Positions 1 through 11,466 of a stretch of 18,868 bases of DNA are shown piece after piece. The stretch is from contig JANKJI020000002.1 in the NCBI GenBank assembly GCA_024626585.2, positions 213,590,852 to 213,609,719 of the forward strand, given 5' to 3'. A program made the translations under genes and the position numbers. Numbering within the stretch: position 1 is the stretch's first letter; each line of letters starts with the position of its first letter. This DNA is from Ginkgo biloba (taxonomy: Eukaryota; Plantae; Ginkgophyta). Under the pieces are notes generated by a model. It was given only the letters and a program-made list of their open reading frames with translations. It did no database searches and was not told where the DNA came from.

Positions 1-2
1 CA

Positions 3-618
3 TTGTACAGGTACGAGCCACCCCCCATCTTAGGCTTCATCCTCCAAGAATCCAGATGCCTCGCTATAGGAGAAGCCCTCCAAAAAGCACAAAAGATTAC
101 TCGAAACCTAAAAGATAACCTCAACACAACAGTTAATCGAAGGAAGCAACAATCCGATAAGAAAAGAAGTGAAAGAAGCTTCCAAGAAGGGGACATGGTG
201 TTCGTCCGACTACAATCATACAAACAAACATCGTTNNNNNNNNNNNNNNGCCAAACTACAACCAAAGTATTTCGGAGCTTACAAGGTAATAAGAAGATTT
301 GGGGAAGTAGCATATGAACTCGAACTGCCATAAGAAAGCAAGAATCATTATGTTTTTCACGTATCCAGTGTAAAGCGACAGATCGAAGACAAGGTGGTAG
401 CATGAAGTGATATGCCAATAACTGACGAAGAAGAACGAACTATTTTAAGACCGGAAAGCATCATTGAGACACAAGTTAGACACCTACNNNNNNNNNNGAT
501 AAAGCGATATAAGGTAAAATGGGTAGACCTACCAGAAGAAGAGGCCACATGGGAAACAAAAGACATAAGCCTCAAGGACATAAGCTATACCCAAGTATGG
601 ACTAGTCATAACTCTTGA
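3..618 (+). pseudogene. Ty3/gypsy chromovirus pol remnant: integrase C-terminus (GPY/F region) plus chromodomain
   Basis: Manual translation gives LKDNL..NRRKQQSDKKRSERSFQEGDMVFVRLQSYKQTS. After the 14-N gap it reads AKLQPKYFGAYKVIRRFGEVAYELELP*ESKNHYVFHVSSVKR, then the chromodomain PESIIETQVRHL..IKRYKVKWVDLPEEEATWE. In-frame stops at 331-333 (TAA) and 403-405 (TGA). Confidence 0.93.
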
Positions 619-811
619 TGAAGGGAACGTGAAGTTCATGCTTGAACATTGATATTTAATGAAGATTATATGATTAACATGATAATAATGATGAGTTATA
701 ACTGAAGAGTTACTTTTCAATAACAAGGAGATGTGTCGTAAAGGGATGAAGGGTTGTACCCCATCCTTTCACTTGTATAGATAAGCCTTCATTGTGGCAT
801 ATTATCATTCA
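617..811 (+). mobile_element. Polypurine tract and start of the 3' LTR of the chromovirus (right boundary uncertain)
   Basis: Purine-rich GATGAAGGGAACG (617-629) directly follows the chromodomain and is followed by TG at 630. A TATA-like GTATAGATA lies near 775. TTCA at 808-811 could close a TGAA..TTCA terminal repeat, but the true end may be anywhere from about 811 to 890. Confidence 0.5.
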
Positions 812-900
812 TGTCCTATCGACTAGACATTCATAGACTACATTTAAATAAGAGGTGTAAATCAAAGATGAAACATATATGGATATCACCATTAGAGTAA

Positions 901-1560
901 TTCCTCTATAATGTGTTTCCCCTAGGAAGAGAAGCTTGGAGAAACTCCCTAAGAAGTTCTCTCACCTTAAATCATGATCTTTCTATAAGAGCATCCACTT
1001 CAACAAAGATTACATCATTCCGCACTAACCAGACTCCTCTATAAATGAAATGAGATAAATTTTCCCATAATAACTTACACACCAATTTCCCTTTAAGATT
1101 GGAGAGATATTTACTATCCCCATTGGTCATCATCTCAGAGACATTATTTATAGACTGTAATATATCAAAATCTAAATGAAGTTCATGTATAATTAAAGAC
1201 TAAACATGTTTGATAAAGTCATATTAAACAAAAAGATAATTAATGGACTCATTTTCCTTCCTATATAACTTAGAGATAAAGGGTATATCCATCCCTCTAT
1301 TGTTCAAATTGCCATGGGTCAGTAGCTTCCTATATAGTAGCAACTAAAAGAAATAAGCTACTCTTGGTTGAACTAGAGGAAACCAAATTCTTTTCCAAAT
1401 GCAATTAGTTCTATGAGTTTCTAAAAGGTCAAACTATAAAATGTATGCTCCCCATTTTACTTTATAATCCCTCATTCTAATATTAAACTTCTAAACCAAA
1501 CAATCATTTGTGCTAGAGATTAGAATATACACCTTACAATTATTTAATTAATTTAGTATA
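901..1560 (-). pseudogene. L1-clade LINE ORF2 C-terminal remnant (zf-RVT zinc-binding region)
   Basis: One minus-strand frame reads DCLV*KFNIRMRDYKVKWGAY...CIWKRIWFPLVQPRVAYFF*LLLYRKLLTHGNLNNRGMDIPFISKLYRKENESINYLFV*YDFIKHV*...LLWENLSHFIYRGVWLVRNDVIF. This fits the plant LINE pattern WKxIWxxxxPxKVxxFxWxxxxxKLxTxDNLxxRG..C..C..EESxxHLF..C..W...WxxRNxxIF, with the Cys and Trp codons decayed. Confidence 0.85.
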
Positions 1561-1665
1561 ATATTNNNNNNNNNNNNNNNNNNNNNNNNNNNNNNNNNNN
1601 NNNNNNNNNNNNNNNNNNNNNNNNNNNNNNNNNNNNNNNNNNNNNNNNNNNNNNNNNNNNNNNNN

Positions 1666-2044
1666 AAACTCATAAACCATCATAATGCATCCCCCTTTAA
1701 AGTGGATGGAAACAAATTTAATTTATGGGTGTCCTTCAGGTAGTCATAGCTATAGCATAAAACATCAAACTCAAACAATAATAAATATGGATCCTCATGA
1801 ATTTTTTCATAAAATTATAGAAGTGTTGTTGGAGAGATATGTTGTTCATAGCACTATTTAGGGCATATTTTATAATTTTGATCAGGAACATAATAGTTGA
1901 AGGTCTAATGCACTCTATATCTACTTCTCCATGGTTTACCATAGAGCGAAGTGATTCTTCTTCCATTGTATGATTTAACTAAATAGCTTTGATAGAAATG
2001 AACCTACCTATCATATCCCTAGGTCTCCCTGATGTTTTAAACAT
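1666..2044 (-). pseudogene. gag: Athila-like Ty3/gypsy gag N-terminal remnant
   Basis: From the ATG at 2044: MFKTSGRPRDMIGRF...MNNIS. After a frameshift: ISPTTLL*FYEKIHEDPYLLLFEFDVLCYSYDYLKDTHKLNLFPSTLKGDAL*WFMS. This matches the Athila-type gag motif LPxFHG..EDP..FL.EF..LC......KL.LFP.TLK..A..WF. It is cut off by the 100-N gap. Confidence 0.9.
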
Positions 2045-2467
2045 TTGAGTCCACACCCATGAGTGTGCAAAATAGGCCCTTCCCCTACACTTGATATATT
2101 CAAAATCGCCTTCACTTTATCATGCAAGTGGAGCTTCTACAGTCTTCTAGCTTACTTTCACATGTTATGTAAATGATAACTATATAGGTTTATTACTAAA
2201 GTTAACTTTTCAAAACCACTTGCACCTGCTATATAAGAAGACTTCCTCCCTAAAAATATTGAATTGTAATTATTTTGCATGAATTGTACAAATAAAAATT
2301 GTTAATTCTTACAAAGAATCACTCTAAAATTATATTTTCCTTGGATATGTATAATCTATGATCAATTAGCAAACCCAATATTGTATAATAAGAAAAACTA
2401 TCACTACTAAATAAAAACTAACCTCTTATTACAAAGAACTAGGTCATAATAATGGATCTTTTGTCGA

Positions 2468-2485
2468 TCCCTAACAACGGTGCCA
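2468..2485 (-). promoter_or_regulatory. Primer binding site complementary to tRNA-Asp (Athila-type PBS), just downstream of the 5' LTR end (CA at 2489-2490)
   Basis: The minus strand reads ...CA-TTT-TGGCACCGTTGTTAGGGA, against the canonical TGGCGCCGTTGCCGGGGA. That is 14/18 identical, and all four differences are G>A or C>T transitions. It is correctly placed about 420 bp upstream of gag. Confidence 0.82.
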
Positions 2486-4319
2486 AAATGGTTGGTTCTA
2501 ATTATGGGTCATGAATCATCAATCCTGTACTTCATAAACTTAGAGTAGCAACAAGATTCAAATTCCCAAAACAATTTCCTTAAGTACATAAAGAGTGCTT
2601 CTAAGATAATTCACACATAATTGAAATTCTAGATAACTACTAAAAATGCTAAAATGAAATAACACTAATAATTACTAGAATTGAACATAAGTAGAAAATA
2701 CAAAGGAGACTATACAAAGATAGTCGATTCTAGCGTGGGGTATCATCCAACCAACTCCATTATAGTTCAAATCACCTAAAAGGAATTTTAATAGCCTTTT
2801 GGTATGGGAAAAAAATATTGTCTATCTCATTAGTTAGAGATAAATAATTTATACATCAAAGAGGGAGGGCAGTTACATAACAACAATCTATTCCTCTCCC
2901 AAATGGCTTAATTCCCTTATAAACATATTGTAAAGAAATATTAAACATTATCTCACCCATAGTTATTATGAAGGTGTTTCATTAATAGACGAAAACACCT
3001 CACATACCAACTATAGCAAGTTGAATGTATGACTTGCCCATCTCTTGCCAACATATTATAACAAAGTTACTTTAGTCATAAAGAATTATATTTATAAATA
3101 ATAATAGAAGGACTCACTTACATAAAGACTGTAGATAAATAAAACCCAAAAATACTGTGTCTTCATGGGCCTGTCTATACAAGTGGAATAAGAAACTTTA
3201 TAACAATAAATGCTAGATTCACTGGCAAGCAGGGTGTAGTGAAAATAATCCTATAAACCCTCCTTTAGGTGGGTGTAAGCATGCCTACAAATTATTGTCA
3301 CTCCATCGCNNNNNNNNNNNNNNNNNNNNNNNNNNNNNNNNNNNNNNNNNNNNNNNNNNNNNNNNNNNNNNNNNNNNNNNNNNNNNNNNNNNNNNNNNNN
3401 NNNNNNNNNNNNNNNNNNNNNNNNNNNNNNNNNNNNNNNNNNNNNNNNNNNNNNNNNNNNNNNNNNNNNNNNNNNNNNNNNNNNNNNNNNNNNNNNNNNN
3501 NNNNNNNNNNNNNNNNNNNNNNNNNNNNNNNNNNNNNNNNNNNNNNNNNNNNNNNNNNNNNNNNNNNNNNNNNNNNNNNNNNNNNNNNNNNNNNNNNNNN
3601 NNNNNNNNNNNNNNNNNNNNNNNNNNNNNNNNNNNNNNNNNNNNNNNNNNNNNNNNNNNNNNNNNNNNNNNNNNNNNNNNNNNNNNNNNNNNNNNNNNNN
3701 NNNNNNNNNNNNNNNNNNNNNNNNNNNNNNNNNNNNNNNNNNNNNNNNNNNNNNNNNNNNNNNNNNNNNNNNNNNNNNNNNNNNNNNNNNNNNNNNNNNN
3801 NNNNNNNNNNNNNNNNNNNNNNNNNNNNNNNNNNNNNNNNNNNNNNNNNNNNNNNNNNNNNNNNNNNNNNNNNCTATAGTTGTCTCATCAATTGGAACCT
3901 TTTGATCAAGTAAGTCCCCCAAATCTACGAGTATTCAATAACCCTAATTTTGCATAAGCATTTTTATATTTTTGTAATTAGTATAAACTATTTGCAGATA
4001 AATTAACATGAATTGTCTATGCTGGTGTAACAAACCACCCAACCTTAACCTATAAACAATACAGTGAGATTTGCAAAACAATGCTTTTAAAATAGTAATG
4101 CATCCATAGATAAATCATATTCAATCATAGTAGGACTAATATATATTAATTTATAATTCATAAATGGGTAGGATAAGGGTAAGGGGATTGTTAGTATTAT
4201 AGTAGGGACCATAGCCACCTACTGTTTGCCATGGGGACTACCTAAGGGGCTCTTTTATGAGGGCAACCAAACCTCCAACACATATATGAAATCTTTAGCA
4301 TTTAACAGNNNNNNNNNNT

Positions 4320-4830
4320 AATGATTTGCTAGAGTCTACCCTTCACCCTGCATTAGACGAGGATGCCAGGTGTAGGTCTATTTCTAACTCCTTTTTTTGG
4401 CATCGAGATAATTCCCTAGACAACTGTTCGGTATCCATCCTCTTACTAATAGTATGGTTTATGGAATAAACCTAGGGGGCTCCACCAATAGTCCCTAACT
4501 AGAAACTCTACTTGTTCTCATTACCATGACATTCGTAATCCCAAACCATGGTTATGGAAACACCAATAACCTTGTTGTTTATGGCTACATCAATAACTAT
4601 GAATCTTATAGTTAAACTAATAATTGTAGACTGATAGACAAGAGGATGCACTTGGGGTATTTTACCTATCCTATTGTTAGTAGCCCTTATAGCAGTGAAT
4701 GCAATAGGGCAAAATAAAGCCTCATACATAGGCATCTTAATTCAAAGGCTCTCATACCTCAACGGGTCTTTGGATGTGATTCTTACGGCCCTAGACTCAC
4801 GCTAGGGTTTATTGGCATAAGTAGGCATAT
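4320..4830 (-). pseudogene. Decayed ORF, possibly LINE ORF1-like
   Basis: A single frame with scattered stops: MPTYANKP*RESRAVRITSKDPLRYESL*IKMPMYEALFCPIAFTAIRATNNRIGKIPQVH...IRFIVIDVA...VWDYEC...SRELSRCQKKELEIDL. Loose resemblance to the LINE ORF1 WIxxP...IxNxIGK..VD...RxxVxID segment. No zinc knuckle seen. Confidence 0.25.
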
Positions 4831-5141
4831 TATGGAAAAGAGTACATTTAACATTTATTACTCATAATTATACCCGTAAACAATTATAAATTCCACAAAA
4901 TAACCCTTTGACCAAGGGCAACCTATTTAAAGGAACTTATATCCACAAAAATAAGGTCTAATTATGTTATTTAATCATGCATAAACAATAACTACAATTT
5001 TGTCCTAAAATTTTATAGAAAAATGAATAAATTTCCATTAGTTTATGGTAGCATAATTAAATGTAAAACTAGGGTTATAAGAATACACACCTTTTTTATC
5101 AACTTACTGGGATAGAGATTTCTGGCAAATAATCCCAAGCA

Positions 5142-5301
5142 ATCTTGTGGACAAAAATGCCTTTTTTGTTGNNNNNNNNNNNNNNNNNNNNNNNNNNNNN
5201 NNNNNNNNNNNNNNNNNNNNNNNNNNNNNNNNNNNNNNNNNNNNNNNNNNNNNNNNNNNNNNNNNNNNNNNATCTTGTGGACAAAAATGCCTTTTTTGTT
5301 G
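5142..5301. other. Assembly artefact: identical 30-bp sequence on both sides of a 100-N gap
   Basis: ATCTTGTGGACAAAAATGCCTTTTTTGTTG occurs at 5142-5171 and 5272-5301, flanking N5172-5271. This is typical of unmerged overlapping contig ends. Confidence 0.85.
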
Positions 5302-6494
5302 CAAAATTGGGACCAACGATTTGCTTTTATACCTTGCAGAATGGTATCTTTAGCTAGAAAGGTGTCTTCAACTTGCTAGAAACCCTACGTCACCTTTACA
5401 AGATGATTAGTGCATAATAACCTGTCAAAGAACCCTAAAACAACTCTATTAAGGTCACCTTGCACCAAAGTAGAGATCTGAGCACTTTTTAGGGTAAATT
5501 ATGCTTTGTAAGGCCACTATTTTGAAGAAGGCTTGGTTCCCCTATATGCAAAATACTATAGTAGCACAAAACAACGATTTCTAGGGTTAACAAGAACTGT
5601 CTAGAATGCATAAAGCAACCAAAAATTAGTTGCTTTACTTCCAAAATACTTATTCCTCCTCCCTCTCTCCAAAATCACTTGGGCTAGATATAATGAATGA
5701 CCCAAAAGAGGCATTTTTCTCTAGAAAACAGATTTGAGCAATAATACTTTCAAAAAGTCTTGAGAATCATGCCATAAACTGAAGATACCCAGCTTCTATA
5801 CTGTGCAAAGATTCTATTTGGAAAAATAGTGACTTCTATAGATAAATAGAAATATGGCAGAGAGAGAATATTGAAGAGAATGAGAGTGCCTAGCTTAAAG
5901 AAGACTAATAATGCCTTCTTTCTATTCATTTATTACTTTAGATAGTAATCCCAATATAAGCCTATACTTATCTTGGAGATTACATAGTATACTAAAAGAC
6001 CCTTATGGCCCTCAATTGTCTTTATCACAATAATCATTCTTATTATCCTTTTATCTTATTTCACTACTTCCAAGATAAAGTTCTCAAATCTTTTTTGGAC
6101 TATAACAGTTGAAATTAACATAAATAGTTTGCATAACTTAATATAAACGGGTTGAATTATTTTATATGCATGGGTGGCACATACATAGTAAGGCATCTCC
6201 ATCAAGGGACTTTTTATGGTTCATTTATGGCTGTAATTGCTTCTATGATGCACAGAGTACTCAATTGATTGGAAACCCTTCCTTTACCATGCAAAATTGC
6301 TTTGCCCTACATTTGTAGGAACCCTAGTTTGGAGTCTAGCGGTGACATGGCTTTGGTAGTTGATATCTGTTGGGAGTCATCGATATATATTTGATAAATT
6401 TATTTAGTCCTTATTTGGATGCACTAGCAACGGGTTGAAAGATACTCAGAGATGAAGGTTTGGGTACTCGCTCATGATTTACCTGTAAGGTGGC

Positions 6495-6596
6495 TGGTTA
6501 TATGGCTATTGTTAGTCATATGGTTAGTTGACCCCACTAACTCCTAATTGGCTATATGGCTATTGTTGAAGTCTTATTGTTAGTTGACTCCACCAA
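6495..6596. repeat. Imperfect ~47-bp direct repeat (2 copies)
   Basis: TGGTTATATGGCTATTGTTAGTCATATGGTTAGTTGACCCCACTAA (6495-6540) versus TGGCTATATGGCTATTGTTGAAGTCTTATTGTTAGTTGACTCCACCAA (6549-6596). Confidence 0.85.
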
Positions 6597-7206
6597 TGAT
6601 TAACATAAATAAATAACTGCTAGTAGGGTGGAATTGTAAGTGGTTACGGTATCTTGGTGCCAAAAAGGGGTTGAAAATAGACATAGGACTTGGCACCCTC
6701 ACTAGTGTTGTGATTGAGGGGTGGAGTCTAGTGGATTGTTAATAGCTTCTAGGCAATGATAGTGTGAACTTTTGTTGCTAGTGGGGCATTGGTTGTTGAT
6801 GTAGTAAACTCTTTAAGTCCTCCCCAAGGCCAACAACAGATGCCTAGGTCCATATTACCAAATATTTCACAGAACTTGCAGTCCTACCCTTATGGCCTTG
6901 GCTTCTACCTAATTTTAACATGTTCCACCATAGATTAATAGAAATAAACACCTGCATCATATGTATGTGAATGATGTGATTTGAATATGTCTTTCTCTAT
7001 AGTATCGTTTGTACAGATTGTGAAAGCTATTTAATNNNNNNNNNNNNNNNNNNNNNNNNNNNNNNNNNNNNNNNNNNNNNNNNNNNNNNNNNNNNNNNNN
7101 NNNNNNNNNNNNNNNNNNNNNNNNNNNNNNNNNNNNNNNNNNNNNNNNNNNNNNNNNNNNNNNNNNNAAGTTTTCTTAGAATTGAATGTGTTACATATAG
7201 TTTATG

Positions 7207-7894
7207 TGTAGGTATAAGGGTGGGCTGTTGTTTGCTAATCTTGACTTAGGGTTAGCAATTCTTACCATCTGTCAATAGTAGCGTCTATGACAATCATAGC
7301 TTATGCAATCATACCCTCAACAGATGGCGAGGCGTTATGCAATGGTGCTCTCAACAATGATACATGCAGTCTCTGTGAATCTCAAGATTGTAGTCTTGGC
7401 AAATGGCTTACATTAAGAATGATTTCATAAGAAACTTTTTGAGTACAACTGCTGCTGAGGGCTTTGTACTATGTGATCAATGATGGATACATGAACGATG
7501 ATTATTGATTGATTCCTTATGATCTAGCATCTTCGATACACACACACACACACACACACAGAGTTTACATGCCCTTTTGTTCTATCTATTTAAAGGGTCA
7601 TCATCTTTCGTGACTAACTAATTACACTTAATTACATCTTTTAAATATTTGTAAGTGTCATGCTAGCAGACAATCGAAGAACAAGTGTAGCATTACAACG
7701 GAAGAGTAAGTGTTGTGATGCGACTGAAGAACAAGTGGAATGTTGCGATCGGAGAACATGTTACGATTGGCAACTGGCTGGTGCTGCTACAACCAGAGAC
7801 CAAAATGGGCACAATCTCTTTGCAACTGAAGAATGTTCCGCTACAGCTGCGACCATTGAGGGCTATGACCAATGTGTCAAATCCTTACCATACA
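7207..7894 (-). mobile_element. Putative 3' LTR (~688 bp) of an LTR retrotransposon
   Basis: The minus strand starts TGTATGGTAAGG (7894) and ends CCTTATACCTACA (7207), forming an imperfect ~12-bp terminal inverted repeat with TG..CA ends. There is an internal TATA-like CCTTTAAATAG (~7584-7594), and a decayed purine tract GGCAAGTGAGA lies immediately upstream of the TG. Confidence 0.6.
7539..7560. repeat. (CA)11 microsatellite within the LTR
   Basis: Read directly from the sequence. Confidence 0.97.
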
Positions 7895-7983
7895 TCTCAC
7901 TTGCCACAATTGTTGAATGCCCTCATTCAACTGAACAAATTTTTCAAAAAATGTTGTAGATGCCCCCTTGAAAATTTTGGACC

Positions 7984-9113
7984 CTAAGATTTCCTTGGTT
8001 TTGTACTGCTATGGATGCCAGGAGGGAGGGTGATGCCATATTACCAAAGAAGTGGAACTAATGCTTTATTAATGGTATCCAACCTTTGAACTTCTGCTTG
8101 ATGCTGATTTAGTGACCTTGTCATCTGCTGTTTGAGTGCCTGGAGCTTGTCTTGCTCTTTAGATCTTTAATGAGGCTCTGAACTTGAGCCTCGGATTTAG
8201 CAGCAACCTCTTGAGCCTTCCAACGTTCTACTATGTCTTTAACTCTTTCATATTTTAAGTCAAATTTCACATTATGCTCTCAATCTACTTGCAGAATCCA
8301 TGACCCTAGTTCTGGAATAATTGTTTTAAGACCTTGTGGGATTTCTTTCTCAAAGATGTTCATAAATCTCTGATATGTGTCCATGGAGGTGTCCACATCC
8401 TTGAGCCAGACATCAATCAATTGTGAAATAAATTTAACTTTATTTTCAGAAGCATATGTTGCAGCTTAAGTGTCCAATGCTTCCTTACTCACCTGCTGCG
8501 TCAGGTCCTTGATTTTTGCTACCAAAATGGCAGACCAGTACTTGAATTATGTTAGCTGTAAAGGTGGGCTTCCAGGTTTTGTGATTGGAGAGTTTACATT
8601 CTAGATTATCAAGGCCCTCCTCAAACATTTGCAACTGGTCCTCCCATTTTAATTCTAGCAGTTTGTCTGGAATTGATTTGGCCCATCAATGTTTATGTAC
8701 TATTGCGGTAGAAGTACTGGACTAAGATGCGCTGTTCAACAATGGAGTTTGTACTCCTTTATCTTGTGTATGTGGCTCAGAGGAGGACAAAGTATGAGTT
8801 GCTCGTGGAGGGACAGCAATCTGCAGTGGCACGTCCACTTTGATTTTTTGTGGGCTTTGATGGGTGGCTTCTTTTTTTCTGCAACCTCAGCTTTACTGGT
8901 TCCTGGTTGTGTCGTTTTTTCTTGCCAGTGACTGGTGCTTCCAAACTGATTGCTACTTTCCCTGACTTTGCAGTATGGTGCCTTGGTGGAGCAATGTATT
9001 CGTGCATGTATCCAGTGCCTGTGCCAAGGGTCACTGTCTATGAAAGATGGAAAGTTATGAGGGAGATTAGAATGGAAATATTTACCAAATACTATTAGTA
9101 TTAGCCAGTTCAT
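7984..9113 (-). pseudogene. Decayed accessory (env-position) ORF with coiled-coil C-terminal region, upstream of the 3' LTR
   Basis: Joined minus-strand frames read ...GTSKAEVAEKKKPPIKAHKKSK.../...WAKSIPDKLLELKWEDQLQMFEEGLDNL.../...FKYWSAILVAKIKDLTQQVSKEALDT*AATYASENKVKFISQLIDVWLKDVDTSMDTYQRFMNIFEKEIPQGLKTIIPELGSWILQVD*EHNVKFDLKYERVKDIVERWKAQEVAAKSEAQVQSLIKDL/KEQDKLQALKQQMTRSLNQHQAEVQRLDTINKALVPLLW*YGITLPPG...KS*. The long protein-like stretches contain only isolated TAA, TAG or TGA stops. Confidence 0.6.
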
Positions 9114-9165
9114 TGGCCAATATTTAACTGACTACATATTTTATCCCTACTATGGTCACCAACTT

Positions 9166-9622
9166 TGTTGACGTCTATTTTTATACTCAGAGTAAGAAAG
9201 TTGGATAAAGGAAAAATTCATTCAACTTAGAGAAATAGTGTCAAAATAGGACAATAGTAAGGGGTCAATTGACCCTTTGACTTAAATAGGAAAAGTTCCC
9301 TTATTAAAAAGAAATAGCAAAATATAACAAGAATAAAATAACACTTATACAAAATTTNNNNNNNNNNNNNNNNNNNNNNNNNNNNNNNNNNNNNNNNNNN
9401 NNNNNNNNNNNNNNNNNNNNNNNNNNNNNNNNNNNNNNNNNNNNNNNNNNNNNNNNNTCAAAACTAGGTCTGACAAGCCTAAAACCAAGAATCATCACTG
9501 CACTCTATCAATTGCCCATTATTACCAAGAAATCGAAGGAAGTGCCCTAATGACTACTTCAAAAGATATAAAAAGCTTAGAAAGTAGGGCCAAAGATGGG
9601 ACAATTCGAACCCCATCGCACA
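9166..9622. mobile_element. LTR-like termini (TGTTGACG.. at 9166; ..CATCGCACA at 9622) spanning a 100-N gap
   Basis: TG..CA ends with weak inverted similarity. The 9622 end coincides with the abrupt loss of the integrase reading frame. The flanks (AACTT / TGACA) do not form a target-site duplication, so the two ends may belong to different copies. Confidence 0.3.
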
Positions 9623-10685
9623 TGACATATCTTAAGATATGGTTAACACTCTACTTGGCCATCAAATTATGGATGGTAAGCATAGTTGATTCTAAGTTCA
9701 CCTAATGATTTGACTAGTGCGCTTTACACCTGGCCTATGGATTTTAGTCCTTAACCTAGAACCATTGAAGAGGCAACACGTGGAGACAAGATATATGTTT
9801 TAGTTGCTTATGGAATTTGTTCATGGATATGGGAATGGTATGGGGCAGTTTAACAGGAAGGCCTCACTAGATCTTGTCATGTTGACATCCTATACATTTT
9901 TTTATAAAGGCAATGACATTCTTCATCATAGTCGGCTATTAATAAGATGTGATGATACATAGGCATGACTTGCATCTATAGGCATACTATTGTTGGTGGA
10001 TTATGACATTTGGAGATTAGTTTCTTCTTCTCATAAGGGACGCAAAGGTGATTTTTGAAGAAGTATAGGTCAACATGGAGGTGGCATGACAGGGTGTATA
10101 AAGGAACTCATTTGGTGTCCTGTTTAAGCCATGTAGATTGAGATAAGGTTTTGAAAAATTGGGGTCATCTATGTATAATCTCTAGCTAGTTGATGGATAT
10201 AACATATACCTCCATTCTATGACTTAAGGCATCAACAACAGAATTGGTTTCTTCTGCAAGGTAAATAATTGAGAATCAATGAAAATGTATGAAGAATCCT
10301 CCATAGGTGTCTTCACTATCTACAATAGGTTGTGAACAAATGTTGTAATGATTGGTGATCTAAGTCTGCAATAGAGCTTGGTCCTTCAAGATAGTGTTAT
10401 CATAGATGTTCTTTCAAGGCCAAAAATTCTATGTCATAGATGTGATAGTGCAACCTGATTTATGGATTGACCAAAAAGAGTAATAGGTGGTTATATTGAG
10501 TTAAAATTGCTTTGATTGCTTATTAGATGCATTGATCATAATCTAGGTTAGATGCATTGCGTATTATGGGGGTAGTTATTATTTTTAAAAAAACTTTTGA
10601 AATCTTTTCTTCAATTTGTATCCCATGTAGAAAGGGTTTGTTTTGTTAGTACATTGTTATGCGCTTAACATTTTTAGAAGTCTTT
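9623..10685 (-). pseudogene. pol: Ty3/gypsy pol remnant: RT C-terminus/RNase H, integrase zinc finger and partial integrase core
   Basis: Minus-strand motifs occur in gypsy order. RNase H: NAS..AIKAILTQYNH, HIYDIEFLALKEHL**HYLEGPSSIADLDHQSLQHLF and IIYLAEETNSVVDALSHR. Zinc finger: LYFFKNHLCVPYEKKKLISKCHNPP and *PTMMKNVIAFIKKCIGCQHDK. Integrase core: ELRINYAYHP*FDGQVE, corresponding to STAYHPQTDGQTE. Many frameshifts and stops, and part of the DDE core appears deleted. Confidence 0.9.
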
Positions 10686-11466
10686 NNNNNNNNNNNNNNN
10701 NNNNNNNNNNNNNNNNNNNNNNNNNNNNNNNNNNNNNNNNNNNNNNNNNNNNNNNNNNNNNNNNNNNNNNNNNNNNNNNNNNNNNATTTTCATTTTTAAT
10801 GGCTTAGGGAGAGTGAAGGATTAGGGAAAAGAGCATATTGAGTAAATAACTTAGAGGATGTAATATCGACAATGGAGGAGAGATTTGTTGCAATTAGGTT
10901 AGTCTATCAGGAGAAAGTGTCTATAGTTGAGACACTCCCTAGATGATTTATGTTTTTTTTTGAGATGGAGGATATCGTGGATTGATGAGGTTCCACTTAA
11001 CAAGTTGACAACTAGCTACTTCAATTGTTGTTTCTTCATCACACTATGAAATTGATGTGTTGTGCATCAATATTTGCTCACATTTTGTACTTCACATCAA
11101 TAGATTTTATCATACATTTATTTTGTAATAATTTGGTAACTAAGGCCATATGATGCACTTAGTTAGCAATTATTTATTGAGGGAGTATTTTATTTAGTAG
11201 ATTAGAGAATTAGTTAGTTATCTATTATCACGGGCTTACACCCTTTTTCCACCAGTCATTTAGTTAGGGTTTTCCTAATTAGTTGTTTGCTATTATTAGA
11301 GTAGCATCTCATATAAAACCATTTATTAGGGTTTTATTTTCATAATTGCATAATTGAGAGTTCATTGTTCTATTGTGCAATTTGTGCTTTCTTAAAAGAG
11401 TGAGTGAGGAATTCATTGAGAGCATCAAGCATCCTNNNNNNNNNNNNNNNNNNNNNNNNNNNNNNN

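Noticed and set aside
630-1017. 388-bp LTR with TGAAGT..ACATCA termini
   Set aside because: The ACATCA at 1012-1017 lies inside the LINE WLVRNDVIF motif on the minus strand, so it is not an LTR end.
3200-3309. IICRHAY.. as a SWIM zinc-finger (MuDR transposase) fragment
   Set aside because: Only a CxH is visible next to a gap, with no upstream CxC and no other transposase motif.
3251-3922. Long ORFs of 194-223 aa in the ORF track
   Set aside because: They consist almost entirely of the 564-N gap. The same applies to the ORFs over the gaps at 5172, 9358, 12681 and 15629.
5142-5301. Biological direct repeat or TSD
   Set aside because: An exact duplication abutting both sides of a placeholder 100-N gap indicates contig overlap.
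5342-5354. TGGTATCTTTAGC as a Met-i PBS
   Set aside because: Only a 7-nt match, no preceding CA LTR end, and no downstream gag.
6810-6910. VEAKAIRVGLQ on the minus strand as a LINE RNase H helix
   Set aside because: Short match without the flanking catalytic D motifs.
7660-7987. Plus-strand ORFs of 99 and 90 aa
   Set aside because: They lie antisense across the putative LTR U3/PPT region and contain no recognisable motifs.
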